Below are positions 61,728 to 64,000 of a DNA stretch of 64,000 nucleotides, piece after piece; positions within the stretch are counted from its first letter, which is position 1, and each line of letters begins with the position of its first letter. The stretch is taken from the NCBI GenBank assembly GCA_022572185.1, contig JACZWL010000001.1, forward strand, positions 28,387 to 92,386. The letters run 5' to 3'. The position numbers and the translations under genes were made by a program. This DNA is from Pseudomonadota bacterium (GTDB taxonomy: Bacteria > Pseudomonadota > Gammaproteobacteria > Steroidobacterales > Woeseiaceae). The notes beneath the pieces were generated by a model. It ran no database searches and was not told the DNA's origin. It was given only the letters and a program-made list of their open reading frames with translations.

Positions 61728-62015
61728 TCATGTCCCCGCCAGCGCGTTCATCTTCCTGGCCAGTTCGACATCAAGGCTCGTGATTCCTCCGGCACTGTGG
61801 GTCACAAGCTGTACGCTGACCTTGCTGTAGACGTTGAACCACTCGGGATGATGGTTCATTTTCTCGGCTTCGATCGCCGCGCTGGTCATGAAGCCGAAGG
61901 CTTCAACAAAATTGGCGAACTTGAAGTCCCGATTTAGTTTTCCGTTCTCCAGGGTCCAGCCGTCGAGCCCGGCCAGAGCATCTTCAATTTCGCCGTCTGT
62001 AAGCCTGTCAGCCAT
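61728..62015 (-). CDS. phhB: Pterin-4-alpha-carbinolamine dehydratase
   Basis: 95 aa with the HHPEW motif. Confidence 0.85.
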   Translation of the reverse strand: MADRLTDGEIEDALAGLDGWTLENGKLNRDFKFANFVEAFGFMTSAAIEAEKMNHHPEWFNVYSKVSVQLVTHSAGGITSLDVELARKMNALAGT

Positions 62016-62230
62016 GCGCGGCCTCTTGTTGTGCAGGCGCTTCGAAGAAACTGCCGAACGTGAAAGCGCCCGGCGTTGGTCCGGGCTGCAGCAGAAGATC
62101 GACGTGATGACGGACTTCGAGTATTGAGCGCATTGATTCTGTCCAGGTTATCGACGAAGCCCGCGAAACGTGGATCTTCGCACGTGTACCGGGCGATTGC
62201 GATATTCACCTGTACGAGGTGAAAGTTCAC
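62008..62230 (-). pseudogene. Remnant of a DUF3291-like gene (internal deletion plus frameshift)
   Basis: An N-terminal stretch (NFHLVQVNIA...[14 protein letters not shown]) and, in another frame, a C-terminal stretch ([14 protein letters not shown]...) both resemble DUF3291 ends as I recall them. The middle is missing. Confidence 0.35.
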
Positions 62231-63072
62231 CCGCCCTGCTTCTCCTCCATTTGGCGCATCCGGGCTTTCAGTTTTCGTTTGACGATTCGGCCTTTTCGAA
62301 TCATGAGCGGCAATACCAGACGCCCGAGCCAGGGGAAGAGATACATTGTTGTCGTCAACAGACCACTGATGGGCGGCATGGATCGTTCCCGCTTCTTGTT
62401 TGCCGTGAGATTCAGAATTTCCTGTGCGACTTCATCGGCGGTGCTCATTGGCTGGGAAAACGTGATGTCCGTGACATCATCGATGTTGGACATGATGAAG
62501 CCAGTGTCGATAGGCCCCGGCGAGACCGCCGCGAGCTTGATATCACTGCCCCTCAATTCTTCGCCGAGGGCAAATGTGAACGCTCTCAAGCCGAATTTGG
62601 TCGCCGAGTAGGTCGCTGCACGGGGTACCGGTGTGCGACCGGCGAGAGATGCGACGTTGATGATGGCACCGCCACCGGCCTGTTTTAGATACTTGATGGC
62701 GAGCTTGCACAGGATGATCGGCGCTTTGAGATTAACATCGATCATCGCACCAAGATCTTCTACTGAGACAGACTCCACCGGGCCACGTTCGTGATAGCCG
62801 GCGTTATTGACCAGGATGTTGATGTTGCCGAACTCGAACTCCGCCTTCTTAAAGAGATTGACACAGGCATCGGTGTCCGAAACGTCCATTGCAATTACTT
62901 CGACGCGTGTTTTGCCGCGTAATTCTTCGGCAATCCGGTCCAGATTCCTTTTGCTTCGCGCAACCAGAACGAGATTCGCACCGTGCTCTGCAAACTTTCG
63001 GGCGGTTGCCGCACCGACACCTTCCGAGCCGCCGGTGATGATGACGGTTTTGTCTTTGAAGTCGTAATCCAT
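62227..63072 (-). CDS. SDR-family oxidoreductase
   Basis: TGGSEGVGAA cofactor motif and YSATKFGLRA catalytic motif. C-terminal hydrophobic tail. Confidence 0.8.
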   Translation of the reverse strand: MDYDFKDKTVIITGGSEGVGAATARKFAEHGANLVLVARSKRNLDRIAEELRGKTRVEVIAMDVSDTDACVNLFKKAEFEFGNINILVNNAGYHERGPVESVSVEDLGAMIDVNLKAPIILCKLAIKYLKQAGGGAIINVASLAGRTPVPRAATYSATKFGLRAFTFALGEELRGSDIKLAAVSPGPIDTGFIMSNIDDVTDITFSQPMSTADEVAQEILNLTANKKRERSMPPISGLLTTTMYLFPWLGRLVLPLMIRKGRIVKRKLKARMRQMEEKQGG

Positions 63073-63195
63073 CGGCGCAGTCTAGACGAACGCCGTCGCC
63101 CTTGAAAGACAAGCGCTAGTCGGGATGAACGTTCCTGCAATATGCTCGTCAATGTCAGTCGTTGGCTGTCGGAGTCCGTGCCGACGGGCGCATAA

Positions 63196-63230
63196 AAAGG
63201 GGCCGGATCAAAAGACGATCCGGCCCCTTT
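63196..63230 (-). terminator. Rho-independent terminator
   Basis: 12-14-bp GC-rich stem (AAAGGGGCCGGATC / GATCCGGCCCCTTT) with a 7-nt loop, followed by a T5 run on the minus strand. About 15 nt after the stop at 63245. Confidence 0.7.
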
Positions 63231-63244
63231 CTCGAATCTTCAAA

Positions 63245-63520
63245 TCAGAAACCGAGATAGCCCCGGATCTTCTTCCACAATGACGACTCCCAGCCATAAA
63301 CCTCGAGTTGGTCGGCACCCAGTACGGCCACGGGCATGGTCGTTGACGCCTTGTTGGTTTCATTGGCCACATCATCCGGGCGCATTTCGAGCTTGCCATC
63401 GGCGCGCTCGCCTGAGCTAGTCAGGCCATCGACGGCCAGGCTCAGAAACGGCAGGACCTCGTCGTCGACGATGTCGTCCAGAAATACGGCGTCCGGATCA
63501 AAGGCATCCCTGTCCAGCAC
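63245..63520 (-). CDS. Hypothetical acidic protein
   Basis: 91-aa ORF with a GTG start, followed by a strong terminator. No family recognised. Confidence 0.4.
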   Translation of the reverse strand: MLDRDAFDPDAVFLDDIVDDEVLPFLSLAVDGLTSSGERADGKLEMRPDDVANETNKASTTMPVAVLGADQLEVYGWESSLWKKIRGYLGF

Positions 63521-63785
63521 GACGCATTCGTCAAATGAGTTTTGCTTGCTAATCGCTCATCCCCGGAACCAACCAGCCACAAGGGTAGAGTCATTGCCGG
63601 GGAAAGGCTGTGAGGCCCCTCACAAGACCTACAATTATCCGTATTGTTATTATGAATCATGGTGTTACGAGCGAGGGCGCAGGAATAAATCGGCTCCGCA
63701 CCATCGCTCGCGCGGTCATCATATGGGGTTGGTGACCCGTCAGATGTAGCCAGGTCTTATTATGTTAAGAACTCCCTTGGCGGCT

Positions 63786-64000
63786 TTATTCTTCCTCGGC
63801 CTCAGCCTCGGCCACGGGTCCATCGACGAGCTGCACGATAGCCATCGGTGCCGCATCGCCCGGCCTCGGCCCGGTTTTCAGAATCCGCAGATACCCGCCG
63901 GGGCGATCCTTGAATCTGGGGCCGATATCTTTGAACAATTTGCCGACCGCTTCCTTGTCCCGTAAACGGTCGAATGCCAGGCGACGCTTGGCAACACCGT
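63786..64000 (-). CDS. rplQ: 50S ribosomal protein L17 (3' part; gene continues beyond the window)
   Basis: Not in the ORF track because it has no start in the window. My translation reads ...[70 protein letters not shown], typical of the L17 C-terminus. Confidence 0.85.
   Translation of the reverse strand, partial: GVAKRRLAFDRLRDKEAVGKLFKDIGPRFKDRPGGYLRILKTGPRPGDAAPMAIVQLVDGPVAEAEAEEE

Overview
This 64-kb window looks like a chromosomal segment from a Gammaproteobacteria-type genome. That assignment rests on synteny only: tldD-yhdP-rng-maf, rlmH-rsfS-nadD-holA, lptE-leuS, lnt-corC-ybeY-ybeZ-miaB, and ssb-MFS/uvrA arranged as in Pseudomonas. Nearly all genes are on the minus strand; only uvrA, uup, pepQ and a MerC-like gene are on the plus strand. 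I saw no rRNA, tRNA or CRISPR. All product calls come from reading the supplied translations by eye (motifs, family resemblance, gene order). No database search was run.

Layout:
- 0-31.9 kb: housekeeping core, with one ~5.4-kb interruption between lptE and holA.
- 31.9-37.7 kb: an operon headed by an unrecognisable 1369-aa envelope protein.
- 37.6-53.7 kb: a long run of small stress, detoxification and acetyltransferase-type genes mixed with uup, upp and a csp gene. It contains two copies of a 170-bp structured repeat in inverted orientation.
- 53.7-57.4 kb: an integron-type cassette array. It has seven attC-like sites and six cassettes, including two toxin-antitoxin cassettes, and no integrase gene anywhere in the window.
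- 57.4-64 kb: core genes again (trpS, ggt, pepQ, phhB, an SDR gene, and the 3' end of rplQ).

Best candidates for something new are the integrase-less cassette array (with its truncated boundary at trpS and a nonsense-inactivated HigB toxin), the giant two-module membrane protein coupled to DUF2238 and GNAT genes, and the 170-bp multi-hairpin repeat. Several decayed genes are also visible: a VOC pseudogene, a DUF3291-like remnant and higB. I cannot show that any of these is a complete new system; the checks that would decide are listed with each finding.
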